A stretch of DNA of 64,000 nucleotides, from NCBI RefSeq assembly GCF_009914755.1, contig NC_060932.1, one strand, 5' to 3'. Source of the DNA: the human T2T-CHM13v2.0 reference genome, Homo sapiens. The notes below the pieces were generated by a model. The model did not search any database. It was not told where the DNA came from and worked only from the letters and a program-made list of their open reading frames with translations. Both the position numbers and the translations under genes were made by a program. Within the stretch, counting starts at the first letter, position 1; every line of letters begins with the position of its first letter. This document shows positions 41,441-54,598 of the stretch, in pieces.

Positions 41441-44400
41441 GAGTGGACTCCATAACCATCGACTTTAACAGAGCACTAAATCCAGAAGATCACTCAGAGT
41501 TATTTTCATCCAATCCCCTCGTACCATAGAGGAGTTGATCAAGCAATTCTCAGCCTTTTTTATTATTTTGCTCAAATGGTTTAACCCCTCGGTCTCTCTA
41601 CTTCTTCCTTTGAGAGTATCAGTTTTTAGCATTAAAAGAGATGATACATAGAGCTTTATCCCATGCTGGAAAGAGCATGATGGGTGCCAACTAATTTTTA
41701 TAAGCAGCGCATGCAGTCCCTATGGATTTGACTAAAATTTTATCCAGTGAATATTTTCTTTATCATACTCTTCATTTATCAAAGACCTCCTATATTGGTG
41801 AACTCCAGGAGGGGAGCTGTTAATATCTGCAGTCATTGTTCTTGAGCCCAGAGCCCAGAGAAAGGTGACTGAGCAAAAAAATTAAAGAGGACGCAATATG
41901 CAAACAGTAAAAATTGCTGTTTTCTCACTTACTTTGAAATAATATAAAAATGATTCTATAAAGACTTGTTCATTATAGATCTCATTTGAAATGTGCAATA
42001 GCAGTGGATTAACCGGTTAAAAGTCGCAATCACTTTTGTTTTTATCTTCTAGATAGAATTTTTTCTAAGACACAGAAATCTTTGCATAAAGTTGATTATA
42101 CTTGATTTTTATCAGCAACAACCTCGCACTGCATCATTTATTTTGGACTTTGCTAATATGTATTACGTGAAGAGTTAAGGTAGTTGAATTATCTTAGGCA
42201 CTGTGAGTTATTTCTACAAAATCTAAGCATAGACTTAAACAAAAGTTCTAAAATTAATATATGTTTAAAGAAAACCCCAGCTCCATTCCATGGCCTCCTC
42301 TGGGGCACTGGCTGGCCTTGGCCTTGCCTATCTTTTAAGTTTACTTCACAGACTTTCCTTTCTAACCTCCCTGCTAATGGTAAACCCATGAGGGCAGAGG
42401 TAGCCTTTGTTGTGTTCTTGACTTTCTCCCCACAGCCTAACGTGGTGTCCAATAAAGCTTTGGTGAAAATACGACTACGTGCAGGGTAGAGAGGGTTATC
42501 TCATAAATACAGCATGGAAAGAACACCACTTTTTAGATGCAACGATTGCATATTTCCTGTAAGTTGTAGGCAAACGTAGGTGAATCCCAGACTACTTTGC
42601 TCCCCTGCAAAATGCTTTCTGAGCAGTACTAATCACTATGTAGCCTGCCAGAGCTTTTTATGCCAATTTCCACTTCATTTGTTTGTGATTTGTCCTTACT
42701 CAAAGTAAGTGCATTTGTGCTCAAACCAACCTTCTCTCTCTGCTTTGAGTCCCTTAACAGAGGTTTCACGATGCTTATGATGCAGAGTGAAATGTACAAC
42801 AATTTTGCAGAAAGACCAGCTCTGAATTTCTAGCTCCTACTTTTGGCCTCAAATGAATACATTGCTCTGATTACTACACCCCTCTGAATTTCTCTTTTCT
42901 CCTCTGAAAATAGCACAGAATTGTGAAGATTAAAAGAGGTGATATAGAGACATGAATTAACCGAGTACTGGTAAAGGGAGGTTCTCAGTGAGTGTATAAA
43001 GAAATAAACAGTTATAAACATGGCAATCAAATGACATCACCATTTACTTTTATCTTTAAAACCCCATGGGAAGGGGTTTACCCTCACTTTAGAGAAAACC
43101 ACCTTGAGAATCAGTGAGACCCATGAAAGGGGGCGCCCCAAGTCACAGATGGCTAATGTGACTGCAGGAAGAATCCCAGCAGATGGGCCGGGCGTGGTGT
43201 GGGGGAAGGAAGGCGCCAGGCACAGTTACGGGCAGTGAGGTACAGGGCAGTGCCCTGCTCTCAAGCAGCTTGCAACAGGGCCAAGCAGTCAGGGCCTGGC
43301 ATAAAGTCGAGTTATGAGCAAAGAACAGCTATCCCTCCAAGAGTCACCATCGCATAAAGGGGGAGAATCGCTACTGGACGATGTGGTTCAGAATGAGTTT
43401 GCAGAATTTATTTTCCTTCCGCTTTCCCTCCGTGGGCTGCTGACCTCTAATCACAGGCTGGAGGTATTCAATCTGGAAGAAGTATGTAACTTCCAAATGA
43501 TGCAAGCTACTGGGATCAAGCCATCTAGGAAAAGTGCCTGTGTCATCATTTTAAAATTGACAGTCTCTTCTTAGAACTTTTTAATACCACACTCGCCATA
43601 CTCTATATGAGTCATACTCACCACATTTGTTACCTAGGGCAAATTACTAAAAGTTTGACCTTGAGTTATAAATTATGGTACTACATTTTTAAGCATGAGA
43701 AGTTTTATTGAAAGAGACTAATACTATTCTGCCATGTATTTTAATTTTATTATACCAGTCTTTCTGTACCCTTTCTGTTATGGCTTATTATTTTACAATA
43801 CAGTTTTAAATGATAACTATTTTTAACCATCCATTCAAGGGTTGAATAATTTTCTCCTTTAGAAAATTATATATTACCATTTTTCTTCATCTCATGTATA
43901 ATCATGGATTTGCACTTTTCTCTCTCTTTAGGCTTATTAAGAATTCCTTCCTTAATAGTTTTAAGAATGCATATATTTCTATTAATTTTCATATTTCCTA
44001 GCCCTTTTTCAATACAGTTTTGAATAAAGTCCTTTCAATTACATTTTTAAAATAAGAAATAGAGATTTATAAAATTCTCTCCCTGCGGGATAGGAAAATT
44101 TGGTGAAAAGTTTGTCCTACTGTTTCAGGAAATACATCACATTGGTTACAGCATAGGTCTCAGGGTGCAGCAGTCTTAGGTATGGATTCTAACGTCAGTG
44201 TCACTGGGTACCAAATACCTCTCTGCTTCCGCTTTCCCGTTTGTTAGGCCAAGGATAAAACAGCATCCGCCTCGTAGGAATGCCACTAGCATTTAATGTG
44301 CATGAGGTTGCATGCATAGGGAATACAGAAAGTAAGCAGTCATTATTCAGCTACAGCGTACTGATTATTCTGTTGCCTCTGCTGTGACCAGGCTAACAAC

Positions 44401-44536
44401 AACAACCACCACTTTAAAAATAATAGCCTTTTTCAAAATCATTAGAATCTTTGTCTGCTCAAGCTGCCATAAAAGAATATCATAGAATAAGTGGATTAAA
44501 CAACAGACATTTATTTCTCACAGCTGTGGAAGGGGG

Positions 44537-44739
44537 AAGCAATCCTCCCACCTCAGCCTCCCTAGTAACTGGGACTACAGGCCCGTGCTACCATTCCCGG
44601 CTATTTTTTTCTATTTTTAGTAGAGATGAGGTCTCACCATGTTGTTCAGGCTGGTCTCAAACTCCTGGCCTCAAGCAATCTTCCTGGCTTGGCCTTCCAA
44701 AGTTCTGAGATTAAAGGCATGAGCCAGCACACCCTACCC
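44537..44739 (-). mobile_element. AluJ fragment lacking its 3' end and tail
   Basis: AAGCAATCCTCCCACCTCAGCCTCC..GGCCTCAAGCAATC..GGCATGAGCCA. Confidence 0.88.
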
Positions 44740-44779
44740 CTTCCTATCTTAAAGGCCTGTCGCTGTAAGCTATTATGGT

Positions 44780-45906
44780 AAGGAGAAAGGGAGAAAGAGA
44801 GTGAGGGAGGAGAGGGAGAAAGAGAGGGAGGGAGGGGAGGGAGAAAGAGAAGGAGGGAAGGAGGGAGGGAAGGAGGGAGGGGAGGATGGAAGGAGGGAGG
44901 GAGGGAGGGGAGGATGGAAGGAGGGAGGGAGGGGAGGATGGAAGGAGGGAGGGAGGGGAGGATGGAAGGAGGGAGAGAGGGAGGGGAGGATGGAAGGACG
45001 GAGGGAGGGAGGGACGGAGGGGAGGATGGAAGGAGGGAGGGAGGGAGGGAGGGGAGGATGGAAGGAGGGAGGGAGGGAGGGAGGGGAGGATGGAAGGAGG
45101 GAGGGAGGGGAGGACAGAGGGAGGGAGGGAGGGGAGGATGGAAGGAGGGAGGGAGGGGAGGACAGAGGGAGGGAGGGAGGGGAGGATGGAAGGAGGGAGG
45201 GAGGGGAGGACAGAGGGAGGGAGGGAGGGGAGGACGGAAGGAGGGAAGGAGGGAGGCGAGGCTAGAAGGAGGGAGGGATGGAGGGAGGGATGGAAGGATG
45301 GAGGGAGGAAAGAATGGAGGGAGGGAGGGAAGAATGGAGGGAGGGAGGGAGGGAAGAATGGAGGAAGGGAGGGAGGGAGGGAAGAATGGAGGAAGGGAGG
45401 GATGGAGGGAAGAATGGAGGGAGGGAGGGAGGGAGGGAAGAATGGAGGGAGGGAGGGAAGGAAGAATGGAGGGAGGTAAGAATGGAGGGAGGGAGGGAAG
45501 AATGCAGGGAGGGAGGGAGGGAAGAATGCAGAGAGGGAGGGAAGAATGGAAGAATGGAGGGAGGGAAGAATGGAGGGAGGGAAGAGTGGAAGAATGGAGA
45601 GAGGGAAGAGTGGAAGAATGGAGGGAGGGAAGAGTGGAAAAATGGAGGGAGCGAGTGAGGGAGGGAAGAATGGAAGAATGGAAGAATGGAGGGAGGGAAG
45701 AATGCAAGACTGGAGGGAGGGAAGAATGCAAGACTGGAGGGAGGGAAGAATGGAAGAATGGACGGAAGGAAGAGTGGAAGAATGGAGGGAGGGAGGGAGG
45801 GAGGGAGGCAGGGAAGAGTGGAACAATGAAGGGAGGGAGGGAGGGAAGAGTGGAACAATGGAGGGAGGGAGGGAGGGAAGAATGGAAGGAAGGAGGGATG
45901 GAGGGA
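44780..45906. repeat. Compound polypurine (GGAG-based) tandem array
   Basis: Almost only G/A on the + strand. Units GGAGGGGAGGATGGAA(GGAG)n are followed by GGAAGAATGGAG(GGAG)n. Confidence 0.97.
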
Positions 45907-46999
45907 ACCCTTGTTCTCATAGGGGCACTCATTCTAACATGAGGGCCCCACCTACCCTCAGAACTTCATCTAAAAGTAATCACCTTCCAGAGGACTTACC
46001 TCCAAATACCATCACACTGGGATGAGGGGTGGAACACAGCAATGTATGAGGACACAGACATTTAGTCCTTAACATTTAGAATGTGTAACCAGCTGAATAT
46101 TTAGAGGCAACTCTAAGGGCACAGCAGCAGAAAGATCAGGAGCCCCACTCCTCATGGACAACGGCTGCAAAAGTCTCATCTCTACCTGGCCGTGCCATGT
46201 GTTTTAAACTTTGCTTTGTTCTAAGACTATGTTATAGACAAACTTATTTCATCGACTTAATACACTAAGGTGTATAAATGTCTAACTAAGACTTTAAAAG
46301 ATTTCCTGCAGAAGAGACGTTTGTTGGAAATGTTGAACTTTAAAGGAAAAATTGTGCAAAGACCCTGCTTTGAGTTTGAACGCTGATGATTTTGATGTAG
46401 CATTTACCTCTGAAAGGTCGTACTTTAAATATCAGAGCTAATTAGGCCTACCTCCAAACTATCTCACACACGAAGCTAAGGGCCATGCACTCTAGAAGTC
46501 ACTTTCCAGCCCACAACGGCTTTCAAATCGCAGAGAGAATGCGGGACACAGACAATCTTTTCCTAAACAAGCAACCCCCCTCCCTGGCTGGCATTTGAAA
46601 TGAACAGTGTCTTAAGACTGTTTTCCTCCCTCTTCAGGAAAATCACAGCCTGAGAACAGGAAAGCGAGCGGATCTCAAGAAAGGAGAGGACAGGAGGAGC
46701 TCCCAAACTAGCTTCATTCATTTCATAATTATACCAGGACCCATCCCAGCGCTATGAAAATGCCTTAAGCTTTAGGCTTAAAAATTAAATTTTCATACAT
46801 AAAGTTTATGGCCCATCCTTCAACAAAGTTCGAGTTTTTAAAAAATGTCTTTTTTTTTTGATTTACAAAGTAATACTCTGTTACCGATCAACGATTGTTT
46901 TAAAAATAAACTTCAAAACTTTACAAATATAGTCGGAGTCCTTACCCAAAACAATGCCATTCTTCCCCTACTGGCAGTACTGGGTCCTGAAATTTCTAT

Positions 47000-47700
47000 T
47001 CATCATGTACACATTTCAATAATTTTGCCACAAATATATACACATACACATGTATTTCATAAACCCTAAGAAGAAGAGATTAAAAATTTAAAATATTCAT
47101 GTAAATAATATAAAGCTATTATTTGGCACATTACTCATAATATTGTTTTGGAATTCATCCACCTTAAAATATTGCAGCTTAAGTTAATTTATTTTTTGCT
47201 ACCGCATAGTCTCTTCTGTTGTATAATACTACAAAATTATATCCATTTTGCTAACAAATGTAATTGTTTCTAGTTTTTCACTATTGATAACAGACCTATA
47301 AAGCACATCAGTTAACATGTCTTCCTGTGCACACTTTTTTTTTTTAACACATACTTGAAAGGGAAGTGTTGTCTTAGAGATCACAAACATCCATTTTACT
47401 AGAAATTGCTAGACTCTTCAACAAATTGCTAAGTCAATGCACCTGATCTACAGTGGCTAAGTCCCATCAGGTCGCATCCTTGCCAGTATTGATTATTATC
47501 AGGTGTTGCCTATCTAATTGGGGTGAACACTACCTCTTTGCTATTTCAACTTGCATTCCGCTTATTACTAGTGAAATTAATGTTTGTATTTGTTCATTGA
47601 ACATCAATTTCCTCTTTTATGATGTGTCTGTTTTTATTTGCCTGATTTCCCACTGAGTTGCTATTGATTTGTAGGAGTTATTTGTATACTTCGGGTTTTT
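47000..47700 (-). mobile_element. L1ME-type 3' fragment
   Basis: ATTCATCCA..TTGCA..TATCCATTT..TTGTTTCTAGTTTTTCACTATT..CATGTCTTCCTGTGCACA..TTTCAACTTGCATTCC.CTTATTACTAGTGA. Confidence 0.7.
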
Positions 47701-47999
47701 GTTAACACTAAAAATTATACTTTTATTAATATACTAGTATGTACTTTACTGAGTGTGGGTTGGGGATGTTAGTGAACATTGTTCACCTGAAGTAAATACA
47801 AGGCAAACAATGTTAAAGAACACTAGTCAAATGGCAAGCACATAGCCAGAATACCTGGATTTTATTGACTCCTGGAGAAAAGTTTGTAATATTGTTTCTG
47901 AAAACACATATTTGTGGTTTTTAGAATTTTGATATTATTCGTAAGTCCTTGTAATTGATTTTCATATAATTTCAGTTTTTGCGAGAGGTTAATCCAAAA

Positions 48000-48500
48000 T
48001 TCCCATGTCGTTGGTTTATTAATATCTTCTTATAATATTATCATACTTGGTTTAAACAATTTAGGCTAAGTTATATAGGACATACAACTTGAGCACTGTC
48101 ACCTCTCCTGGAAAATTATTATGTATATTATGACACTCTTTGTCTCCAATAATTGTTTTTTCTTAGAAAGACAAATCTTAATCTTTGTCGTGTTTGATAT
48201 TATGATAGGAACACCACGGTTATTTTAGTTAGTATTTACCTGGTGTATTTTTCTACTCTACCTTTACTCTCATTGACTTGCCTCTTTTGTAAACAACGTA
48301 TCATTCAATTAAAATACAAAGTTCAACGTAGACATCACTTACTATGCTTTAACGGTGAATTTAGGATTCCGGATACCTTGTTTTGTGCTATATATAATTT
48401 TTCTATGTGTCATTTACACATGTCTGTGTTTGTTAGACTCTTTTTTCTCCCTTCTACTGGCTTGAAAGTTGTCTATTCTGCTAAATAATCATGATTAAGT
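48000..48500 (-). mobile_element. Old L1M internal fragment
   Basis: TTTGATATTA..ATAG..ACACCA..TT..TTTAGTTAGTATTT.CCTGGT.TATTTTT..TCTTTTGTAAACAAC.TAT matches antisense old-L1 body. Confidence 0.5.
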
Positions 48501-48594
48501 TAAAAGCTACTAGAGAAAGGAGGACCAGCCATTCCTGAATCTTGTGTAGTAGACTCAAAAAGAACGCCTGTTTTCTTCTCTTTCCTTTTTGTTT

Positions 48595-49185
48595 CTAAGT
48601 GAAATAACCCAGGCATAGAAAGAAAAATACTGTGTAATCTCACTTAGATGTGGAATCTAAGAACATCTTCTCAGAAATAGAGATTAGAATCAGAATGGTA
48701 GTTGCCAGGGGCTGGGGAGAGGGGAAATGGGGAATAATTGTCAAAGTTTACAAACTTCCAGTTCGAAGATGCATCAGCCCTGGGATCTAATGTACAGCAT
48801 GGTTACTTTAGCTAGTAATACTGTTATTATATACTTGAAATTTGCTAAGGTAAGAGTAGATCTTTTTATTTATTTTATTTTACCTATTTATTTATTTTAT
48901 AGAGATGAGGTCTTGCTATGTTGCGCAGGCTAGTGTTGAACTCCTAGGCTCAGGCAATCCTGCCACCTCGGCCTCCCAAAATGCTGGGACTACAGGCATG
49001 AGTCACCTCTTCTGGCTGAGAGCAGATCTTAAATGCCCCCATCACACACAGAAAAATGTTTTCTATGTGAAGTGATGAATATGTTAATTAGTTTGATAAT
49101 GGTAATCATTTCTCAATATATCACATTATATACCTTATATGTATAAAGATTTTGTTCATTATACCCTAATGAAACTAGACAAAAT
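48595..49185 (+). mobile_element. L1MA (MA8/9-like) 3' end with nested FLAM
   Basis: CTAAGTGAAATAA.CCAGGCA.AGAAAGA..GTGGAATCTAA..GGATCTAATGTACAGCATGG..TATACTTGAAATTTGCTAAG..ATGTTAATTAG.. Confidence 0.85.
48865..49017 (-). mobile_element. FLAM-C / monomeric Alu
   Basis: Single left-type monomer with tail. TSD AGAGTAGATCTT (48853-48864) / AGAGCAGATCTT (49019-49030). Confidence 0.88.
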
Positions 49186-51289
49186 GTGTTAAAAAGTAGA
49201 TGTGGAACTTAATCCAAATATAAATAAATGCATGAATGATATGGCAATGTAACAGAACAGAAAAAAAATTAAAACCTGAAGTCTGTCATTTCCTGGGAAT
49301 GAGTGAAATTCTGAGACTGCTTAATCTTTAGTACTCCTTCCTTATTATTGTCCCATATTTTAGATTTACCTTGATTTTTTTTAACCTCTAAAGTTAGTCA
49401 CTATTACTGTTACTTCTCTTTCCTATAGAGAATTGTTAGAGTTCTAATTCTGCTATTTGTAGATTCTCATTCAGAGTCATTTGCTTTTGACTCTCTTGGG
49501 TGAATTTCAGCCTGTGGACTCACACTTGACTTGGATCTGAGAGTGAAACTCCGGGGCATGGTGGAGGATGCCCTCCCTCTGTTGAGCTTCTTCCTTTCTT
49601 GCTGCCAGGCGTCCACAGGCACTAGCCCTGCCTCTTTTTTTCATTTCTGCAATCTGGGATTCCCAGGACACATAAGCAGGCTGAAAGGAATCCCAAACCA
49701 GAATAAAGGCAGGTTTGTGGTTAGAAATTTAAGAACATCCTTTCATGTTCCCCGCGCAGTGCAGGCAAAGACAGATATTATATTTCCCTTGCTATTTCCT
49801 TTTGCTGGTGGGCTGATTTTTAAGTTTGAACTCAGCCTTTATGAGGATCATGCATCTGAAATGCTCGGGACACACACGGAGGAAACTCAGCTCCAACTCC
49901 TTATCTTCAGGACCCTGGAGCTTCAAACAGCCATCGCCACCCAGTTAGCCTGGGGCTGAAAGAGTAAAACGTGCCCAACCAGGACCCTCAGCCTCCAGCC
50001 TCAAGTTATCACTCAGGTCCCAAAATCCACTTCCCTTTTGGCCCTGAGGTTTTTCTTTACTTCCTTGCAAACTCAGCTATGGAGAGGAAGGAAGTATGTT
50101 CCACCAGATACCCAGAGACAATGAGAATTTTCTAAGCCTTGGCTTTAATCAAAACTGTCTTTTAAGCCAATAAAAACAGCATTTGCAACTCAAAACTGCC
50201 ATCACAGAAGTCATCATTTAAATTAATGATGAACCATAAGAACATTAGTTCAGCCAAGGAAACTGAGTCTCCAAGTAGAATCACATTTTATACGCCTTTA
50301 GCTCAGTCACTAATTCTGTCTTGGCCAAATAGTCTAATGAATGTTAGAACAGAATTGTATTCTCTATGAGAACACTTTTAATGAGATATATTAATTTTCA
50401 TTTAAAAGCAGTATTATTTCTTGTGGGTGATATCACTTATTTTTTCAAAAATGTATTACGTAAAAGCAATGTTCTGACTAGCTGTGTATTCTAGTGCCGT
50501 GTATTCTAGTATTCGAGGGCTAAAGGCTAGGCTGTTGGGTAATGATCTAAAAAAATCTGTAAGCTGAAAGGTTAGATTTCTTAAACAAAAATGTACGGTA
50601 CAGATTTACTCCTCCCACCAAAAGGGGCCTCTGTGACTTCTTTCCCCTGGAGTTATGGTGAACAAACTGCAACAGAATAAAAATAAAAAACCTGCTTTGA
50701 CCACATTTCTATTACATTCAGGTAAACAAAAACATCGTATGGGACTGCTTTTAGATTTGTGACATAGTTGTTCCTTCCAAACTAGTCCAAATCCTGAAGC
50801 TCTGTCTGTGGCAGTTAATTTACTTCTCTGGCACTTGATATTAGCTACTTTGATGTCTTTCTTGGAAAGTCATAATCAACAATCATGAGTCAATTTTCAC
50901 TGACCTTCAACAATCCAGGAAATTGTCAAATAGGAAACCATATCATCTTAGCAATAACTCTATGACCAATATAATTTTGAATTATTTATATCACCTTAAT
51001 TTAAGGAAGCATCTTACTGGCAACAATAATAAAATGCTGGATTTTTATGTATGTGTTCTAGCTGAAATAATAAAAATGAAAATCTTTACTCCAATTGTGA
51101 CTGGCTCACCTAAATTATACATATTTTCTAAACCAATTTTTGATAGCACTCAAAAACATTAACTTATTTGTGTTTTGACCAGAATGCTCAGAACAATTAT
51201 AGACACAATAGTCCTGCAGTTTTCTAAATACAGTGTTTTTCTATCTATATAATGCAATTTGTCATAGCAGAAGAATCATAGCCTCAGGA

Positions 51290-51500
51290 GACAACATGTC
51301 TTAGAAGTAAATCAGATCGTTCTTATTGACTAGCTCCATGAACTTGGGCAAGTTTGTTAACTACCTGAGCCTCATCTATAAAATGAGGATGATAACATCA
51401 AACTATCAAGAATAAATGGAGTGACATTTGTAGGTAAAGAATACAACACCTACTACTCAGCTCTTGGGCACTATGCAGAAGCTGTTATGTGGTGATGATG
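51290..51500 (+). mobile_element. MIR
   Basis: ACTAGCT..ATGAACTTGGGCAAGTT..CTGAGCCTCATCTATAAAATGAGGATGATAA. Confidence 0.7.
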
Positions 51501-54287
51501 ATGATTACCAACCTGACTACAATTAATTATTAGAATTTCCTCGTCTTAGGAATAATTTTAAGAATAGACTCAAACATTGCTATAGTAACACATTATTGTA
51601 CGTAGAATTTCAAAAAGCATGACATTCAATTTTCAGGAAAAATACTCGTTCAGAATAAGAGCTCCTGTCTTTCCACTTTTTAGAAGATAATACAAGAAAC
51701 ATCCACAGAGGTTGCACATGTATCTAAGGATCTAGTTTAATAAAACAAATTACTGGTACACAAATTTGCAGATCACAATTCTCTCATCGTTCTAGTTTAC
51801 AAGCTAATGTGTACCCCCCCTGAAGCTGAGAAGCTCCGTTACTTAAAGCCCTGTTTTTAAGGGCTAGCAAGCATTTTATTATGGAAGACTGGTTCCTCGG
51901 CGTTCTAGGGTAGATAGCAGTAAGGGTTTCTCACCTGCTGTCCCACCCAGGTACATGACAGCCATATTCACCGAGGTGGTCATCCCCAGAATAAGGGGAA
52001 CAGGGCCTTAAAACAAACACTGATTAACTGCCCAGGGGTAGGGAACATCCTCAGTAACATCTAGAACGTTCTTTGGCCATTTTTGCGCCATAAACTTGGA
52101 CAAGTTAATTCTTCTTGTTGTGCCTCATCAATAAACTAAGGATAATTTCAATCCTAGATGAGTAAATTAAGTGCCCTAGGTAGGACGATGAACAGAGAAA
52201 ACATGTAGGAATTGGGTTTAAGTCCCATTTCTAAACTTCTACTTGAATCAAATATTTCGAACAGGATAAAATATGCAGCTGAATTAGCAACAATTAAGAA
52301 GCACTTATCAATATGTCAAGTATATAAATTTAAGTTAATGTTGCTGAGGTCAGATTTGCCTTGATACAAAGGCTGCTCCTTATATAGAATCATCATATTC
52401 AGAGCTCTTCAAATTAAGTTGAAAAACTGTCCTCTAACTTAATTTGACCTCGACTATTATTAGTAAAAATAAATAGTGGAACCTGTTTCAAAAGTAGCAA
52501 AGTGTAACAGTATTTAAAAATTATTTAGTTACAAATTGTATTCATATATTTTATGCTATATTTTATGGAATAGCAAACAAGGATAATTACTAAAAATAGT
52601 GAGATTAAAAACATATACGTTAGGGAAAAATTCTATCAGCATTTTGGTGAATGATCTGTCTCTGCACAGTTACATAATAATATATAATATATAATGAATA
52701 TAAATGAATATTAATATTAAAGTCTTCATATCTAAACGCAGTAAGTATTGATCCCAGCTACACTGCAACTCCAATTATAATAGAAATAGCAATGGTCACT
52801 GACACAATAAGTGACACATTCTTGGTTGGTAGAAAAAAATGGACATTTATATTAAATATTAATAATTAAATACATATCTTTGCATACTTCGTGTTTAGGC
52901 TTTGGCTTCACTCCCTCCTTAGTGTCTTACATGACTTTACATCCTCACCAAAGTTCTGAAGATATTCCAAATTGTAAGGTGCCACTCTTAGCATCAGAAT
53001 GCATATTTTATATTGAACAATGGTATGAAAAGGTACATTGCAGGTGTGCAAAATATAAAGTGTATATAATTTAGCTTGAATTATTGTCATAGCCATATAC
53101 TTCTGATTAAATTTTTTTTAAACACTGTAATGACTGAAATAAAATAGGACTCACTTATTCATGCCTCATATATATTCAAACTACATTTTTGGATCTATTT
53201 TCTAGAGTCAGTACAAGTGAGATGGTGGAGGGGAGCAGATAGGAATAAGACATATATACGAGGTCATTCTTGAAAAGTGTGTTCACAATTTCAAAATCCT
53301 CGCAATCCACAAATTGAAACATTGTTACAAAAAACCTAATCCAAGAATATTGACACTGTTAAACATATGTCCAAATCCAAAATGTATTTTCACAACAACT
53401 TAATTTGGACTCTGTATCAACTCACCATAAAGGATTATCATCCTGTTTAAAGAAAATAATTGTAAGGTGAGCAAAAGATGGCATTCAAATACTAATTGAG
53501 TTTCTATATTTGAACAAAATGATGACTACAGCTACATATAAAACCATTATGACCTGAATATTAATTAGATTCTTTTTGACTAATGTTTTCCTCTTGGATC
53601 AATACACTTAGTTAATTCTCTCAAGAGGAAGTAATTATTGTAGCAGTGACCAATTGTTGTTTATAGCTCACAGCAAGTCTGAGGTACTGAAAGGTAGTAT
53701 CGCTGCTTACGTTTCTAAGTATTTTGTAGTATTTAGAGAAACAAGTAGTAGTCAAAATGATTTTTTAAATTTTATTTCACTTACTTGAAAGATTAGAGAT
53801 GAATATCCTCATTTCCAAAGACTTATTTTTGCAAGAGTAGCTATGGGATTACAGTCAAGTTCACAGAAAACCTAAAAATCTCTGTAAATTCCAAGTACAT
53901 ACAAAATAAGGAAGATATATGTGTATCTCAATTTTTTTTGAAGTAACATAACCAAATACCCCCACTTAATTCTATTAAATTGCTAAAAAAAAAACCCACA
54001 AATATCTGAATAACATCGACATCACAAAGGACATTATAAAATGGTTAATAGCCCCCAAGTAATCTTAATATGGGAGAGATTTTCATAAAACAAATCCCTT
54101 TCCACATAGAATGTTTATTCATAATGCATCATATACTCATCAAGATGCTTGCTATTTGGAGAATTACAATTACTTTCTCATTCTGCTGTATCCTTTTATT
54201 TTTTCAATATATGAAACATTTTCTTAATTTCCTGATTGCAAAGTAAAATACACAATGAGGTGCATTTTCCAAGGTATCATCTTCGTC

Positions 54288-54598
54288 TTTTTGTTGTTTT
54301 TGTTTTTGAGACGGAGTCTCACTTTGTCGCCCAGGCTGGAGTGCAGTGGTGTGATCTTGGCTCACTGAAATCTCTGTCTCCTGGGTTTAAACCATGGTCC
54401 TGCCTCAGCCCCCCTAGTAGCTGGGACTACAGACCCGAGCCACCACACCCGGCTAATTTTTGTATATTTAGCAGAGATGAGGTTTCACCATGTTGCCCAG
54501 GCTGGTCTTGAACCTCCAACTCTTGATCTCAGGTGATCCACCCACACTGGCCTCCCCCAAAGTGCTGGGATTACAGGTGTGAGCCACTGTGCCTGGCT
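54288..54598 (-). mobile_element. AluS
   Basis: Full reverse Alu with (GTTTTT)n tail. Confidence 0.94.

Larger units (their letters stand above)
44446..46074 (-). mobile_element. MLT1A-type LTR disrupted by an AluJ and a 1.1-kb polypurine expansion
   Basis: Pieces at 44446-44532 (GCTGCCATAA..TTAAACAACAGACATTTATTTCTCACAG), ~44740-44800 and 45906-46074 (GGGCACT..CATGAGGGC..CCTCCAAATACCATCAC..GACACAGACATT.AGTCC.TAACA). Possible TSD ATTAG/TTTAG. Confidence 0.8.

Noticed and set aside
43186-43199. GGCCGGGCGTGGTG, identical to an Alu 5' start
   Set aside because: The match stops after 14 nt with no Alu body, tail or TSD, so it cannot be distinguished from chance in a GC-rich patch.
44646-46025. 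Long Pro/Ser/Leu- and Gly/Glu/Arg-rich ORFs (up to 428 aa)
   Set aside because: They are stop-free translations of the polypurine array, open in multiple frames on both strands, and they begin or end in Alu/LTR sequence.
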